From: Candidatus Omnitrophota bacterium
GTDB taxonomy: Bacteria > Omnitrophota > Gorgyraeia > Zapsychrales > Fredricksoniimonadaceae
Direction of reading: 5' to 3'
DNA length: 64,000 bases
Assembly: GCA_903908245.1 (NCBI GenBank)
Contig: CAIVRE010000002.1
Coordinates: forward strand, 90,761 to 154,760
Shown here: positions 52,043-62,590 of the stretch, piece by piece
Position numbering within the stretch: the first letter of the stretch is position 1
Layout of the letters: each line of letters opens with the position of its first letter
Translations under genes and position numbers: made by a program
The notes under the pieces: model-generated
What the model saw: the letters and a program-made list of their open reading frames with translations, nothing else
Database searches by the model: none
What the model was told of the DNA's origin: nothing

Positions 52043-53212
52043 TCATGTGCACATATCTTCAATTATTGTTTGAAAAGCATCCCCAAATTGCGCGGTCCGG
52101 TCTTCCAACCGATTCCTAAGGTCATCCTTTGTGTTCAAAAACCCCGGCGCTTCACTTATTGACCAAGCCATTCTTATCTTATCCGCCAAACTCTTGGGAT
52201 CCTTCGGATCAAAATATATTCCCCCAACCGGATCCTGTTCCCGATGGACAGGGATATCAGAAAGCAGTATCTTCTTCCCAATACTTTTACACTCCTCAAC
52301 CGTCGTACTCCAGCCTTCAAATAACGATGGATTAACTACTGCTAACGAGGCCGCGTAAAGAAGAAAAACATGCTCAAAAGGAACCCGGCCCAACAAAAGA
52401 ATATTTTTCTGCAAACCCCAATGAACAATAAACTCCCTTAAACCGTCGCTGTGTTCCTTATTCCTGCAGTTATCCATTGACCCGCTGCAAACAAGGACAA
52501 CATCCAATCCCTCGCTTTTCAAAAGGCGTATTGCCTCAAAAACAACAGCATGATTCTTATGTTTCCAGAATTGATTGGGCAAGTACAGGAATTTAGCAGG
52601 CAGATCATACTTTTCCCTGATCAACTGAATATCTTTTTCATGAAAGTCGAAGAATTTACGGTCAACCTGGCCAACAAATGTCAGTACCCTTGCTTTGGAT
52701 GAAGCCCCCGGAGAAAACAATTCAAGATCTTTCATTGCATCACGGCTGCTAAGAATGATCCGGCCGCTTGTTGTTGCCGCCACCTTGAAACTTTTATCTC
52801 TCGATATTAAATCTCTCTTTGTAAATAACTCTCCCAAATGCATATGCTGAAAATCAGCTATCCAGGCAATATCCCTGACCTTGTGGAATGCGAACAAACT
52901 GGGAGTATGAAAAATCACCCGAATATCGTTTTTCAACAAAAACGATTCAAAAAGACCCTGTCCACATCCCAGAAGTCCAAAGGATCTTGAAATAACCCAT
53001 AAGAGAGAATACCGGTCCAGAAGCGGCGTTGTAATGATCTCAGCATATTGGGAATAAGCATCAATCGTATCGCGAGATGCCCCCGTCCCCAGAAAAATAA
53101 CCGGCGTAATCATTCGGTCTTTAATCTTTGAAATAGCATACAAAAGATTTTTTAAATAATTCTGCCCGCCGAGCCATTCACCCGAGAGGCCAATAAAACC
53201 GACACGGATCAT
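52043..53212 (-). CDS. GT4-like glycosyltransferase (paralog of 56600..57838)
   Basis: FWKHKNHAVVFEAIRLLKSEGLDVVLVCSGS...NPSLFEGWSTTVEECKSIGKKILLSDIPVHREQ. These motifs are shared with the gene at 56600. Confidence 0.75.
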   Translation of the reverse strand: MIRVGFIGLSGEWLGGQNYLKNLLYAISKIKDRMITPVIFLGTGASRDTIDAYSQYAEIITTPLLDRYSLLWVISRSFGLLGCGQGLFESFLLKNDIRVIFHTPSLFAFHKVRDIAWIADFQHMHLGELFTKRDLISRDKSFKVAATTSGRIILSSRDAMKDLELFSPGASSKARVLTFVGQVDRKFFDFHEKDIQLIREKYDLPAKFLYLPNQFWKHKNHAVVFEAIRLLKSEGLDVVLVCSGSMDNCRNKEHSDGLREFIVHWGLQKNILLLGRVPFEHVFLLYAASLAVVNPSLFEGWSTTVEECKSIGKKILLSDIPVHREQDPVGGIYFDPKDPKSLADKIRMAWSISEAPGFLNTKDDLRNRLEDRTAQFGDAFQTIIEDMCT

Positions 53213-53223
53213 TGTGCGCTCTC

Positions 53224-53847
53224 CTATACTTCCAATTGCTTGACTACACGCGCCGGATTACCGGCAACAATGGATCCTGCCGGAACATCTTTGGTCACTA
53301 CGCTTCCGGCGGCAACAATACTCCTCGCGCCGATCGTTACCCCTTTTAATATAATAGAATTACAACCGATCCAGACATCATCTTCGATCAAAATAGGCGC
53401 CGATACAATATCAGCAACAGTTCTCGACCCTGCATCTCTGGGATACCCTTCCATCACGATCTTGACAAAATGCTCATGCCTTACATCTGCCTCAAGAGGA
53501 TGACAATTCGTATCCTGGATATTAACCCCATGAGAAATAAGAACCCTGTCTCCGATCTTAACCTTCACGGCAGAAAATATCCTTGAATCCAGCCCGAGAT
53601 AACACCATTGCCCAATTTCTATATTCCCACCATGGCCAAAAACAAGTAAAACACCCTGAAGAACCGTATTGGCACCCACATTTATAATATTGGGATCTTT
53701 TAAAGCATTCTCGATCTTCGCGCCATCCAACAATTGCGCGCTTCGATGAATAGTCGCGACCTGTCGATAATATAACTCATGGAAAAACAGTCCCAGCCCT
53801 TCCAGCTTCTTATAAAAGAGATATGGCAACTTTAACAGTTTCTTCAT
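53224..53847 (-). CDS. hexapeptide-repeat (LbH) sugar O-acetyltransferase
   Basis: [45 protein letters not shown]. Confidence 0.85.
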   Translation of the reverse strand: MKKLLKLPYLFYKKLEGLGLFFHELYYRQVATIHRSAQLLDGAKIENALKDPNIINVGANTVLQGVLLVFGHGGNIEIGQWCYLGLDSRIFSAVKVKIGDRVLISHGVNIQDTNCHPLEADVRHEHFVKIVMEGYPRDAGSRTVADIVSAPILIEDDVWIGCNSIILKGVTIGARSIVAAGSVVTKDVPAGSIVAGNPARVVKQLEV

Positions 53848-53871
53848 TGATACCCCTGCGTTTAACTTCTT

Positions 53872-54789
53872 TTAAATCTTTTCAATGACATTTGTTTCAA
53901 CATTCAATACCGGCAGCCCCTTAATAAGATTCAACCTGTCATCTCCACTAATATAGGTGAGACCGCCTTGAACATCTTTACTTTCTCTAAATTTTGAAGG
54001 GACATAAGCTTGCTCGGCAATAAGAACCTCCAAATCGTCATTTAACAAATCCTTCCTTACATAAAAGGCATTACTACCAGTAGTATTTATCCCAACCAAT
54101 AAATACCCTCTTTTATTCGCAAGATATGATATCGCGGCTAACGAAGCACCCCAGTAAAGATTGGAATAGTGTTTCTTTGTACGAGAGAACTCCCGCTCAT
54201 AAGGAACCGATATTTTCCTTACAGCGCCGAATACTGCGTTATATTCACATACCAATATACGCGGTTTAAAAAGATTGATTGCTTCAAGAATGAAATAATC
54301 GTTGCCATCCAAATCAATAGACAAAATCCCAAGGTCCTCATTAAAGCCGCTTTTAGCCAACAAATGATTTATATTCTCTCTGGTAATAAAAGCATCGATA
54401 GCGCCAAGATGATATTTCCAAAAAAAGTGTGATTTTTTCAATCTCTTAATATTTCCTGACGAGCTATCGATCACAAAGCCGCTCCAATTGTCTTTCATTA
54501 GCAGAAAACGGCAATTTGACTCAAAAAAGTCTTCAACTCCAAACTCAATAAATGTTTTCTCCTTTATTTCAACAACCTTGGTCAGACGTTGAATGATCCC
54601 GTCTTCTCCCCATTGTGAGAATATCTTGAATTCATAATCTTTAAGATGTTTTGACTTCTTGTTTTCATTTAAAGCAGACAGCATGATGCCCTGATTTATT
54701 TTTATCTCATCGAACCTTTCATTTATTCCAAAAGCTCTCAGTATTATTCTTGTTAATTCGGCAGTCACAATTCTTAATGATCCCATCAT
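53872..54789 (-). CDS. hypothetical protein of the glycan locus
   Basis: 305 aa, soluble, AT-rich coding sequence. No motif I can assign (FKIFSQWGEDGIIQRL). Confidence 0.4.
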   Translation of the reverse strand: MMGSLRIVTAELTRIILRAFGINERFDEIKINQGIMLSALNENKKSKHLKDYEFKIFSQWGEDGIIQRLTKVVEIKEKTFIEFGVEDFFESNCRFLLMKDNWSGFVIDSSSGNIKRLKKSHFFWKYHLGAIDAFITRENINHLLAKSGFNEDLGILSIDLDGNDYFILEAINLFKPRILVCEYNAVFGAVRKISVPYEREFSRTKKHYSNLYWGASLAAISYLANKRGYLLVGINTTGSNAFYVRKDLLNDDLEVLIAEQAYVPSKFRESKDVQGGLTYISGDDRLNLIKGLPVLNVETNVIEKI

Positions 54790-54818
54790 TTAATCCCCCG
54801 AATATCCCAATTCAATAA

Positions 54819-55736
54819 TCACATCCACCCGATCATTCCTTTTGCCACCATCCAAACATACCTTGGGACAGAAAGCCTGTAAAAAAGATCGCGCGTAACA
54901 ATATCCGCTCGCCGATCCACTGCAACATCCTCCGGATGCCTTAGAGGAAAGCTCAATCCTTCCTTCGGAAGCGCAACAACATAATGATCCCCTTTTTTTG
55001 TATGCGTACTATCCTGACCAAATCCGATATTCGAAACCAGATTAATCGCAGGCATAACCGAAAGGCCCTTCATCATCCAACATGTAAAGATCCACTGATA
55101 GTCCCATGTATTAAGGCGTCCTGAAAAAGCCAGATCAAAATACCTTCTCCAATACAACCGCTCCGGCGGATCTGCCATGTTGAGAGCTCCTTGACCCAAA
55201 ACCTGCGGCCAACGGCGCATATTCACATCGTAATGCAGCCATGCCCGACGCCAGGACGCCCACCCCCAAATACCGCCATATTTTGAAAAATAATAACTGT
55301 GCGAACACGCCGCACCACTCTGAAAATTATTACCGGAGATCATCATCACACGCTCATTATGACGGTACTTCTCCAACAACTCCATGCAAAACCGGAAGAA
55401 ACTGACATCCGGCAAACAGTCATCCTCCAGAATAATCCCTTCTTCCTCATTCTCAAAGAACCAGTTTATTGCCCCGCTAACAGCGCGCTTACATCCCGCA
55501 TTCTTGTCCCTGAAAAGAGTCTTTACCTCACATTCCCAATCAATATTGCCCATGACATAAGCACGCACTTCCTGAACTTTCAGACCCTCCCCCGGTTTAT
55601 CCTCCCTAGGACCATCCGCGGCAATATACAAACGCGCAGGCTTGGCCTGCCGGATAACCTGGAAAACCCTGGCTGTCGTATCCGGGCGATTAAAAATAAC
55701 AAAAAGAACAGGCGCCGAAAAACCCGCTTCACCCAT
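54819..55736 (-). CDS. GT-A-type glycosyltransferase (HlpA-like GT2 subgroup), paralog A
   Basis: APVLFVIFNRPDTTARVF...IILEDDCLP...WGWASWRRAW. Paralogous to 60926..61870. Confidence 0.65.
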   Translation of the reverse strand: MGEAGFSAPVLFVIFNRPDTTARVFQVIRQAKPARLYIAADGPREDKPGEGLKVQEVRAYVMGNIDWECEVKTLFRDKNAGCKRAVSGAINWFFENEEEGIILEDDCLPDVSFFRFCMELLEKYRHNERVMMISGNNFQSGAACSHSYYFSKYGGIWGWASWRRAWLHYDVNMRRWPQVLGQGALNMADPPERLYWRRYFDLAFSGRLNTWDYQWIFTCWMMKGLSVMPAINLVSNIGFGQDSTHTKKGDHYVVALPKEGLSFPLRHPEDVAVDRRADIVTRDLFYRLSVPRYVWMVAKGMIGWM

Positions 55737-55748
55737 AGTGCTATATCC

Positions 55749-56603
55749 TTACTGCCACTTGTGATTATAAATCCCGAATGTTTTTCTGAAAACCGTTGCC
55801 AGCCCGCCGTAAATAACCTTTAAAAGATTCAAAGGCTTCCATGGCCAGGGACAAGCCAACGCCACAAATACGAACCATGAAAACGGGTTGCTCGAAGACC
55901 GCCTGGAAAAGTAATCCCTGAAAAACTCCCCTCGGCTGGCCGCACGATGCCAGGCATGAAAGCCTGTCGTAAGTTCATCCACCTTAAGGGTAAGAGCCGG
56001 ATCGGTCATCAACCGGTAACCCTTGTGGTGCGCCCGAATGGTGAACTCATAATCCGACAAATAATGCGGCAACACTGCCGGATAAAATCCTCCAATATCC
56101 AGAAAATCTCCCGCTCGAAGAAAAAGCCCGCGGGTCGACAAACAATTAACCTCTTCCGGGATCTCTGTATGATCGAATGTGAGCCGCCGCCAATCCGCGT
56201 GAACCCCCGCCTCTCCAAGCTCTCCGCTCTGCTTTCTGAACACTCGCGCCAATAAAAGCGTCTTTGGCTCTTTAGCCAGGAGCTCGGCCGCGGTCTGAAA
56301 AAAATCCGGGGCAAACTCCGTATCATTATTGATCAAAAGCACAACATCCTGTGGATCAACGCCATGCTTCTTGATCCAAAGATACCCTTGATGCAAACCG
56401 CCCGCCCACCACCAGTTGCCACTCCCCGTAATAACGGTCAGCCCTTCAACCTTGCTTCTTACATAATCTTGCGTACCATCGGTCGAACCGTCATCAACAA
56501 GAATAAGATGATAATTGCCATAAGATTGCGACAGAAGGCTATCAATAAAAAGCCTGGTCTTTTCAATACGATTGTGAACAGGAAGAAAAATATAGATCTT
56601 CAT
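55749..56603 (-). CDS. GT2-family glycosyltransferase
   Basis: MKIYIFLPVHNRIEKTRLFIDSLLSQSYGNYHLILVDDGSTDGT. Confidence 0.85.
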   Translation of the reverse strand: MKIYIFLPVHNRIEKTRLFIDSLLSQSYGNYHLILVDDGSTDGTQDYVRSKVEGLTVITGSGNWWWAGGLHQGYLWIKKHGVDPQDVVLLINNDTEFAPDFFQTAAELLAKEPKTLLLARVFRKQSGELGEAGVHADWRRLTFDHTEIPEEVNCLSTRGLFLRAGDFLDIGGFYPAVLPHYLSDYEFTIRAHHKGYRLMTDPALTLKVDELTTGFHAWHRAASRGEFFRDYFSRRSSSNPFSWFVFVALACPWPWKPLNLLKVIYGGLATVFRKTFGIYNHKWQ

Positions 56604-57838
56604 CGTAAAATGCAGTGCCCAACTGTCCCGTTAACAATCTCTAAGAAACGATTGCCATAATCACGCATTTCTACGGCATTCCTGGTCCTTGCAACAACCT
56701 CCTGCTCCAGATCAGGCCCGGGCAAAAACTCCCGCCACTTATCCGCTAAAATTGATGCCAGGCTCTCCGGAGAAGCAGGATCAAAAAAGATGCCTTTCGG
56801 AGGATCCTGTTCCTGATGAACAGGAAGATTTGACAAAATGACCGGCTTACCGAGCGCTCTCGCATCCTCAACAACAGTACTCCAACCCTCAGAAAGAGAC
56901 GGTTGAATAACACCCAAAGACCTCCGCATCAACTGGATCTGATCACTGCGCGGTATTAGCCCCATCAAATGAACCTGTTGGGCAATACCTGATCTTTGAA
57001 TGACCTGGAGAATTTCATCCGAGTACGCAGGATGACGATAATCATTAATATGGCCGGTACAAACAATAACGGGGAAAATTGACCGGGCTCGCAATAATTT
57101 CAATGCTTCAAAGACGACATGATGATTCTTATGCTTCCAAAATTGATTACACACCATAAGAAAACGATCGGGAAGGTTATACTCCCTCTGGACTCTTAAA
57201 GGGTCGACCTCGAACCATTGCGGCTGGCAATATGTCTTGAAAGACATCACTGCCGCCTTTCCGGTCGCCTGCGGATAAAATTGATGAAAATCAGACATAA
57301 CCGTCCGACTGCTAAAAACAACAACCGGAGCCTGGCTCGCGATCGTCTTGCATGAAAGATCTCTTACTTTAACTTCTTCTTCTATAAAAAAACCGGGTAA
57401 ATGCTTATGCTGAAAATCAGGGATCCAGGCGGCGGATCTGTATTCCTTCAAACTTTGACGGTCAGGAAGATGGGGATAAACAAAATCGATCTTTTCTTTT
57501 CGAATAAACGCGTCAAATCGAGGTGCCCTCTGATGAGAAAGAATACTCCTGGCCTTCCATCGCAATAAATTTACAAGAGTCCGCTTGCTCATAGCGTCTT
57601 CTAATTGATAGATCCGGTCAACACAGGCCCTGAGATCACCGTAAAAGACTTGCTCCATTTCCGGTGGACAGATCAAACATAATTCAAAAGTCTTTCGGAC
57701 ATCTGCAGGCAAACTATTTAAAGCTAAAACAAGATTTCTGATATATTCAATGCCTCCGATCCAGCTGCGGCCTCCTGCCATAACCAGCCCGATCCGTAAA
57801 GGTTTCTTCATGCGGCACCCGATTCCAAAAGGCACCAA
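56600..57838 (-). CDS. GT4-like glycosyltransferase (paralog of 52043..53212)
   Basis: FWKHKNHHVVFEALKLLRARSIFPVIVCTGH...QPSLSEGWSTVVEDARALGKPVILSNLPVHQEQ. Confidence 0.75.
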   Translation of the reverse strand: MVPFGIGCRMKKPLRIGLVMAGGRSWIGGIEYIRNLVLALNSLPADVRKTFELCLICPPEMEQVFYGDLRACVDRIYQLEDAMSKRTLVNLLRWKARSILSHQRAPRFDAFIRKEKIDFVYPHLPDRQSLKEYRSAAWIPDFQHKHLPGFFIEEEVKVRDLSCKTIASQAPVVVFSSRTVMSDFHQFYPQATGKAAVMSFKTYCQPQWFEVDPLRVQREYNLPDRFLMVCNQFWKHKNHHVVFEALKLLRARSIFPVIVCTGHINDYRHPAYSDEILQVIQRSGIAQQVHLMGLIPRSDQIQLMRRSLGVIQPSLSEGWSTVVEDARALGKPVILSNLPVHQEQDPPKGIFFDPASPESLASILADKWREFLPGPDLEQEVVARTRNAVEMRDYGNRFLEIVNGTVGHCILR

Positions 57839-58731
57839 TGAACAAAATCCTTAAGGCCGGATTCAAAAGTCATGGAAGGAGTAAAACCCAATGCCCGAAT
57901 TCTTGAAATATCCGCCCTCCAGTTTAACGGAACACCATTGGGCAAGGCACCGGAAAAATGCACCATCGACTGCGCATCCACTATCTTGCATATCAGCGAA
58001 GAAAGCTCTCTTATCATCGTTTCCTCTCCACTGGCGATGTTATAGGCTTCCCCTTTCATCGGCGCGACATTAACGATCACATCGACCGCCAGGGCAACAT
58101 CAACCGCGTGAAGGAAATCACGGCTTTCCCGGCCACTCCCTTCCAGGACAACACGGGTTTGTGTCTGCACTTTGGAAACGATATCCCAGATCACTTGCCG
58201 CCGTAACCCCGGACCATAAGCGGAGAATAACCGGGCAATGGCCGTTCGCATAGAGTAGATCTTCGAGAATTCCTGGCAAAGGATCTCGCTCTGTAACTTG
58301 TGATAACCATAAGTTGATATCGGGCACAAAGCCTGATCCTCATCTACAGGAAGCTTTGCCGGATTCCCATATACAGCGGCGCTTGAAAGCATGATAAACC
58401 CGCAATCCGGCCTGTGCCGCCGGATCGAATCAAGAAGAAAAAACGTCAGGGCCGGGCCATTCTTATAATCCATGCCGGGATCGATCATCGATTGCACAAC
58501 AGAAGCAAGGCCGCCGCAATGGATACAAACATCGGGCTTCCAGCGCTCGAATAATTGCCCTAATTGTTCATCCGGCAAATGCAAAGACTCATAACCAGCC
58601 AGATCAGACAACGGCGCCTTTGCCGCAACCACAAGGTCTACCCCGAAAACAAGATTACCTTGACGACGAAAATGCCCGACAAAAGCACGGCCAAGGAATC
58701 CAGCGGCTCCAATGATCATTATTCTTTTCAA
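57808..58731 (-). CDS. NAD-dependent epimerase/dehydratase family protein
   Basis: MKRIMIIGAAGFLGRAF... (Rossmann GxxGxxG), catalytic YGYHK. Confidence 0.8.
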   Translation of the reverse strand: MKRIMIIGAAGFLGRAFVGHFRRQGNLVFGVDLVVAAKAPLSDLAGYESLHLPDEQLGQLFERWKPDVCIHCGGLASVVQSMIDPGMDYKNGPALTFFLLDSIRRHRPDCGFIMLSSAAVYGNPAKLPVDEDQALCPISTYGYHKLQSEILCQEFSKIYSMRTAIARLFSAYGPGLRRQVIWDIVSKVQTQTRVVLEGSGRESRDFLHAVDVALAVDVIVNVAPMKGEAYNIASGEETMIRELSSLICKIVDAQSMVHFSGALPNGVPLNWRADISRIRALGFTPSMTFESGLKDFVHWCLLESGAA

Positions 58732-59630
58732 GACCGCCCCCCATTCATGTGCTTAAAACCAAAAAATGTATACATCACCCCGGGACTCTTCAACCTGAAA
58801 GAAGCGAACGCCGCTAACGCATTATTCAAATGCCTTAACCAAGGCATTCGATCGCCGAGAAGAACATCCGAAATCCGGCGGCCAAGACGCTTTCTGACCG
58901 GCGATTGAATTTCTGCGACCCAATCCGCATATGTTTGAGGAAAATAGTTAATCGGAGTATCATAACAACCGAAGACTTTCGTTATTCTAATGCCCGAATT
59001 CCGAATGGCCGCAATATATTCCGATAGCAAAAAAGCGTTCTCTCCTCCATACAAATGATGAAGAGGATGATCCTTTAGGAACAACTCCAAATCACTCTTC
59101 TTGCTAATCACATGCTCCCTGCACGCAATAAAACACCCGCCAGGCTTCAACACACGCGCCGCCTGCCGACAAAGCCCGGATAGATCACAGGAATGATGAA
59201 GTGATTGCCGCGTATAAACAAGATCAAAAACAGCATCCTCCAGATCAATATCCTCTCCCGCCTTCTCTATGACAGTAACGGCCAGGCCACTTTCTCTTGC
59301 AAGAGATCGTATCGCTCCAGCTCCGACCAGGTGGCTGGGATCTGGCTCCGCCGCGATCACCTCCCAACCAGCCTTGGCAAGCGCGTAAGAGCTGATGCCG
59401 CGGCCCGCACCCAGATCAAGGGCCTTACCCGGTTTCCGGGGCAATAATTCCAACGTTGCCTGCCACTCATCACTTTTAGAAAACCGCTCTGCAGCCTCCA
59501 ATAACGGGTCGTCATAATAACAAGCACGCACCAATGCCTGCTGATCATGCTGATCTCTCAACCATTCAACGGCCTGCTCCCATGACATTTTATGATCCAT
59601 TATGTAAAACTTCTCCTGCCTAGCGCTCAT
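58728..59630 (-). CDS. class I SAM-dependent methyltransferase
   Basis: ALDLGAGRGISSYALAKAGWEVIAAEPD (motif I). Confidence 0.75.
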   Translation of the reverse strand: MSARQEKFYIMDHKMSWEQAVEWLRDQHDQQALVRACYYDDPLLEAAERFSKSDEWQATLELLPRKPGKALDLGAGRGISSYALAKAGWEVIAAEPDPSHLVGAGAIRSLARESGLAVTVIEKAGEDIDLEDAVFDLVYTRQSLHHSCDLSGLCRQAARVLKPGGCFIACREHVISKKSDLELFLKDHPLHHLYGGENAFLLSEYIAAIRNSGIRITKVFGCYDTPINYFPQTYADWVAEIQSPVRKRLGRRISDVLLGDRMPWLRHLNNALAAFASFRLKSPGVMYTFFGFKHMNGGRS

Positions 59631-60195
59631 TCTCCGGGATCTCCCGGATCACCCGCGCCGGATTACCAGCCACAATGGTCCACGCAGGAACGTCTTTGGT
59701 CACCACAGAGCCCATGCCGACCACAGCTCCTTCCCCTATCGTGACACCCTTCATAATAATAGCCCGTGCCCCGATCCATGCCCCTCTATTCACCCTGATG
59801 GGAGCAGTCCGGACCGTACTCCAATCATGTTGCCCTATTCGCCATCTCGCCAAATCATTCTTTCTGACGCTATAGCTGATACTATGATTATTACTATCGG
59901 AAAGAAGGCATTGATACGAAATCAACACATCCTCTGCAATAGAAATATTGGCGACACAATCAAACATTGTTCCTCCGCCAATATTAACATTATCAGCAAT
60001 ATCGATCCGGCTCGAAGATACCTCGGTAACAAGAGATCCCTGGATAAAACAACCTTTCCCTATCACGATCACTCCCCCGGGATCGCGTTTATCAATAAGC
60101 CCTGTTATCTCGGTATTTTCTCCAACCGTTATTATCCGCCTCAGCTTTCGCATACGAATCTCATCGCGCACTTTAACAAGGAACTTGCGTATCAT
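59620..60195 (-). CDS. hexapeptide-repeat (LbH) sugar O-acetyltransferase, second copy
   Basis: [45 protein letters not shown]. Confidence 0.85.
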   Translation of the reverse strand: MIRKFLVKVRDEIRMRKLRRIITVGENTEITGLIDKRDPGGVIVIGKGCFIQGSLVTEVSSSRIDIADNVNIGGGTMFDCVANISIAEDVLISYQCLLSDSNNHSISYSVRKNDLARWRIGQHDWSTVRTAPIRVNRGAWIGARAIIMKGVTIGEGAVVGMGSVVTKDVPAWTIVAGNPARVIREIPENER

Positions 60196-60945
60196 TTACT
60201 CTCCCTCTTTAAAACAAATGATCCATTTGCCCAGCGAAATGTCATCCTCCCATCTTGAATCAATAATATAAACATTCTTATACACACGCCTGAATTGTTT
60301 CTCCCACCAGGCAACAGAATTATTATGATAACTTTGATACGTTTTTATCCAACCCTCGTCTTTGCCTGTTCTTGAAACAGGGATCATATGATACGAACCA
60401 TGCCTGGTAATACGGCAAGTTTCCGATATAAATTGAGCGATCCCCTCTTCCGTAAAGTGTTCCAATGATCCAATGGAATAAGAACAATCAAATGCATCCG
60501 TTTCATACCCTGTTTTCGTAGCATCACACACTTTAAGGCGCTCTTTGGCAATACCCCGATCGATCGCTTTTTGGATCAGAAAATCTGAAATATCAAACCC
60601 ATGCAGTTCAAGATCCTGGAATGAAGCGAGCTTTTCGATCGTTTTCCCGGTACCGCAGGCAATATCCAACACCTTCCCCTTACAATTAACCATCAGGAAC
60701 TGGATCTCAACCCAAGCATTCCCTTCCCCCCATGTTTCCAATAACGCGGCCATCTCACTATCCCAATACACACCCAAGTCCTGACCGCTCCTGGGGGCAA
60801 TGGCAGGACAAACCTTTATTAATCTTGCCTTGAACGCTCGCGCCTTATTCCACCCAAACCCCAGGCCTTTCCACAAGACAGGCGGAACTATTTGACGCAA
60901 TATCTCTTTTTTCGTCATAAAAGCCTCATTGTACAGTGCCAACAC
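60196..60945 (-). CDS. class I SAM-dependent methyltransferase
   Basis: KVLDIACGTGKTIEKL (motif I). Confidence 0.75.
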   Translation of the reverse strand: MLALYNEAFMTKKEILRQIVPPVLWKGLGFGWNKARAFKARLIKVCPAIAPRSGQDLGVYWDSEMAALLETWGEGNAWVEIQFLMVNCKGKVLDIACGTGKTIEKLASFQDLELHGFDISDFLIQKAIDRGIAKERLKVCDATKTGYETDAFDCSYSIGSLEHFTEEGIAQFISETCRITRHGSYHMIPVSRTGKDEGWIKTYQSYHNNSVAWWEKQFRRVYKNVYIIDSRWEDDISLGKWIICFKEGE

Positions 60946-61870
60946 ATTGCTCTAAACATCGCTTGAAGACCGCTTTAACCCTGCCCTTAAACTGCACAGC
61001 AAAAGAACCTTTCCATGTCCTGAATAAAGCGTCGAAAGCCTTGCGCGCGCCACGGTGTTCGATCACCTCAATTTCTTTTAGAATAATAGGGGATTGTGTC
61101 AATTGAACATCTCTATCCCGATTGACAGGACAATGCTGCCCACTTCCATCATTGCCAATATTACAAACTAACGACCTGCCCGGGTAGAGAGTCAACTTGT
61201 TATTCAAGAATGCTGACGCATGCCATCGCACCGCCCAGGATTGATTCTTCCCGGCAATTTGCGCCTTCAGCATATCTATATACGGATAAGCCCCGTTACG
61301 ATCAAAATCCCTCGTTAATCGCTGATTCATCAATCGTTTTAATAAAACCTCTCCATTTTCTTCAAACAGATCCCAACCGCGCTTCCATGTTGCCCATCCC
61401 CAGCAAGAAGCGCCTCGAATAAAGAATGTTTCCGGCAAAGAAGCTTTTACAGGAAAGACATGCCCAAGGACACTGATCACTCGATGATCCTGTTCATAAA
61501 GATCAAGCCCCTCATTCATATACTTCAAGAAATACGGACTTGTCTCCAGGTCGTCTTCTAAAACAATCACCCGCCCATATTCTTTAACGATTTCCGTAAC
61601 GCCAGCAATAATACTCTTGGCTAACCCGCGATTTTCTTTCCCCTCGCGGATCTGGATCCGCTTAAAGCCGGCAATGGTCTTAAGATATTGCCGAACCTCA
61701 TCTACTCTGCCACGCGCTTCTTCATTTCTAGGCCCATCGGAGAAAATGAACAGCTCACTCTCCGCAGCCAAAAAATTCTTTCGCAATGCTTCCACCGTCT
61801 GGCGGGTATGCCAGGGGCGGTTATACGTAAACAATACGATCGGAGCTAAAGACATCTTTATCCATCCCAA
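60926..61870 (-). CDS. GT-A-type glycosyltransferase (HlpA-like GT2 subgroup), paralog B
   Basis: APIVLFTYNRPWHTRQTVEALRKN...VIVLEDDLETSP...WGWATWKRGWD. Paralogous to 54819..55736. Confidence 0.65.
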   Translation of the reverse strand: MGWIKMSLAPIVLFTYNRPWHTRQTVEALRKNFLAAESELFIFSDGPRNEEARGRVDEVRQYLKTIAGFKRIQIREGKENRGLAKSIIAGVTEIVKEYGRVIVLEDDLETSPYFLKYMNEGLDLYEQDHRVISVLGHVFPVKASLPETFFIRGASCWGWATWKRGWDLFEENGEVLLKRLMNQRLTRDFDRNGAYPYIDMLKAQIAGKNQSWAVRWHASAFLNNKLTLYPGRSLVCNIGNDGSGQHCPVNRDRDVQLTQSPIILKEIEVIEHRGARKAFDALFRTWKGSFAVQFKGRVKAVFKRCLEQCVGTVQ

Positions 61871-61873
61871 AGA

Positions 61874-62578
61874 TCAATGCCAAACAAAGAGCTCCCGAAG
61901 GATCTCCCAATAAAATGATGCGCCCCAACGAAGGATCTGAAGCTTCCTGACGCCTCCAACGCGTGCCGGTTCATCGCCAGGAACTTCGGCTATCTTGAGT
62001 CTTCTCTTTGCGGCCCGTATCGACATCAACGGCTCCCAACTGACATCGGTATTAAAGATCTTCTCTTCAAACGCATAACTCTCATCTTTATCAAGGTCCA
62101 ATTCCGTAACAAGATCTTTCCGATAAATACGGTAAATAACCATGGCGTCTGTATAACGGGCACGATGGAAAAAGTTTATGGAATTAGTAAAAAGCCAGTT
62201 GCCAAAACCGGTAACAGCATCATCATCATAACTTTTTGCACCCGGAGCATAACGAGAAACGATCACCATGTCATAGCCCTCATTAAACTTCTTAATACAT
62301 GGCTCCAAACATTCGATTAAAGAATTGCCATCGGGACTAAAAGTCAGAACTGCGTCCCCCGTAACATGGGGCCATGCATCAAGATAAGCTCCACGTACAC
62401 CAGGCCGTTCCTGGATAACAACTTCAAAACCCATTTCACGCGCGATCTCCACCGTGCGGTCGCTGGATTTCCCGTCGACCACCAGGATCTGATGAAAAAG
62501 GCTCCGGTCGACCTTGGGCATGATCTCGCGCATGCCGACTTCTTCATTCAATGTTGGGATAAGCAGAGTAACCTTCAT
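61874..62578 (-). CDS. GT2 polyprenyl-phosphate glycosyltransferase (Dpm1-like), second copy
   Basis: MKVTLLIPTLNEEVGMREIMPKV...ILVVDGKSSDRTVEIA. Confidence 0.8.
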   Translation of the reverse strand: MKVTLLIPTLNEEVGMREIMPKVDRSLFHQILVVDGKSSDRTVEIAREMGFEVVIQERPGVRGAYLDAWPHVTGDAVLTFSPDGNSLIECLEPCIKKFNEGYDMVIVSRYAPGAKSYDDDAVTGFGNWLFTNSINFFHRARYTDAMVIYRIYRKDLVTELDLDKDESYAFEEKIFNTDVSWEPLMSIRAAKRRLKIAEVPGDEPARVGGVRKLQILRWGASFYWEILRELFVWH

Positions 62579-62590
62579 AAATTCCTTTCT

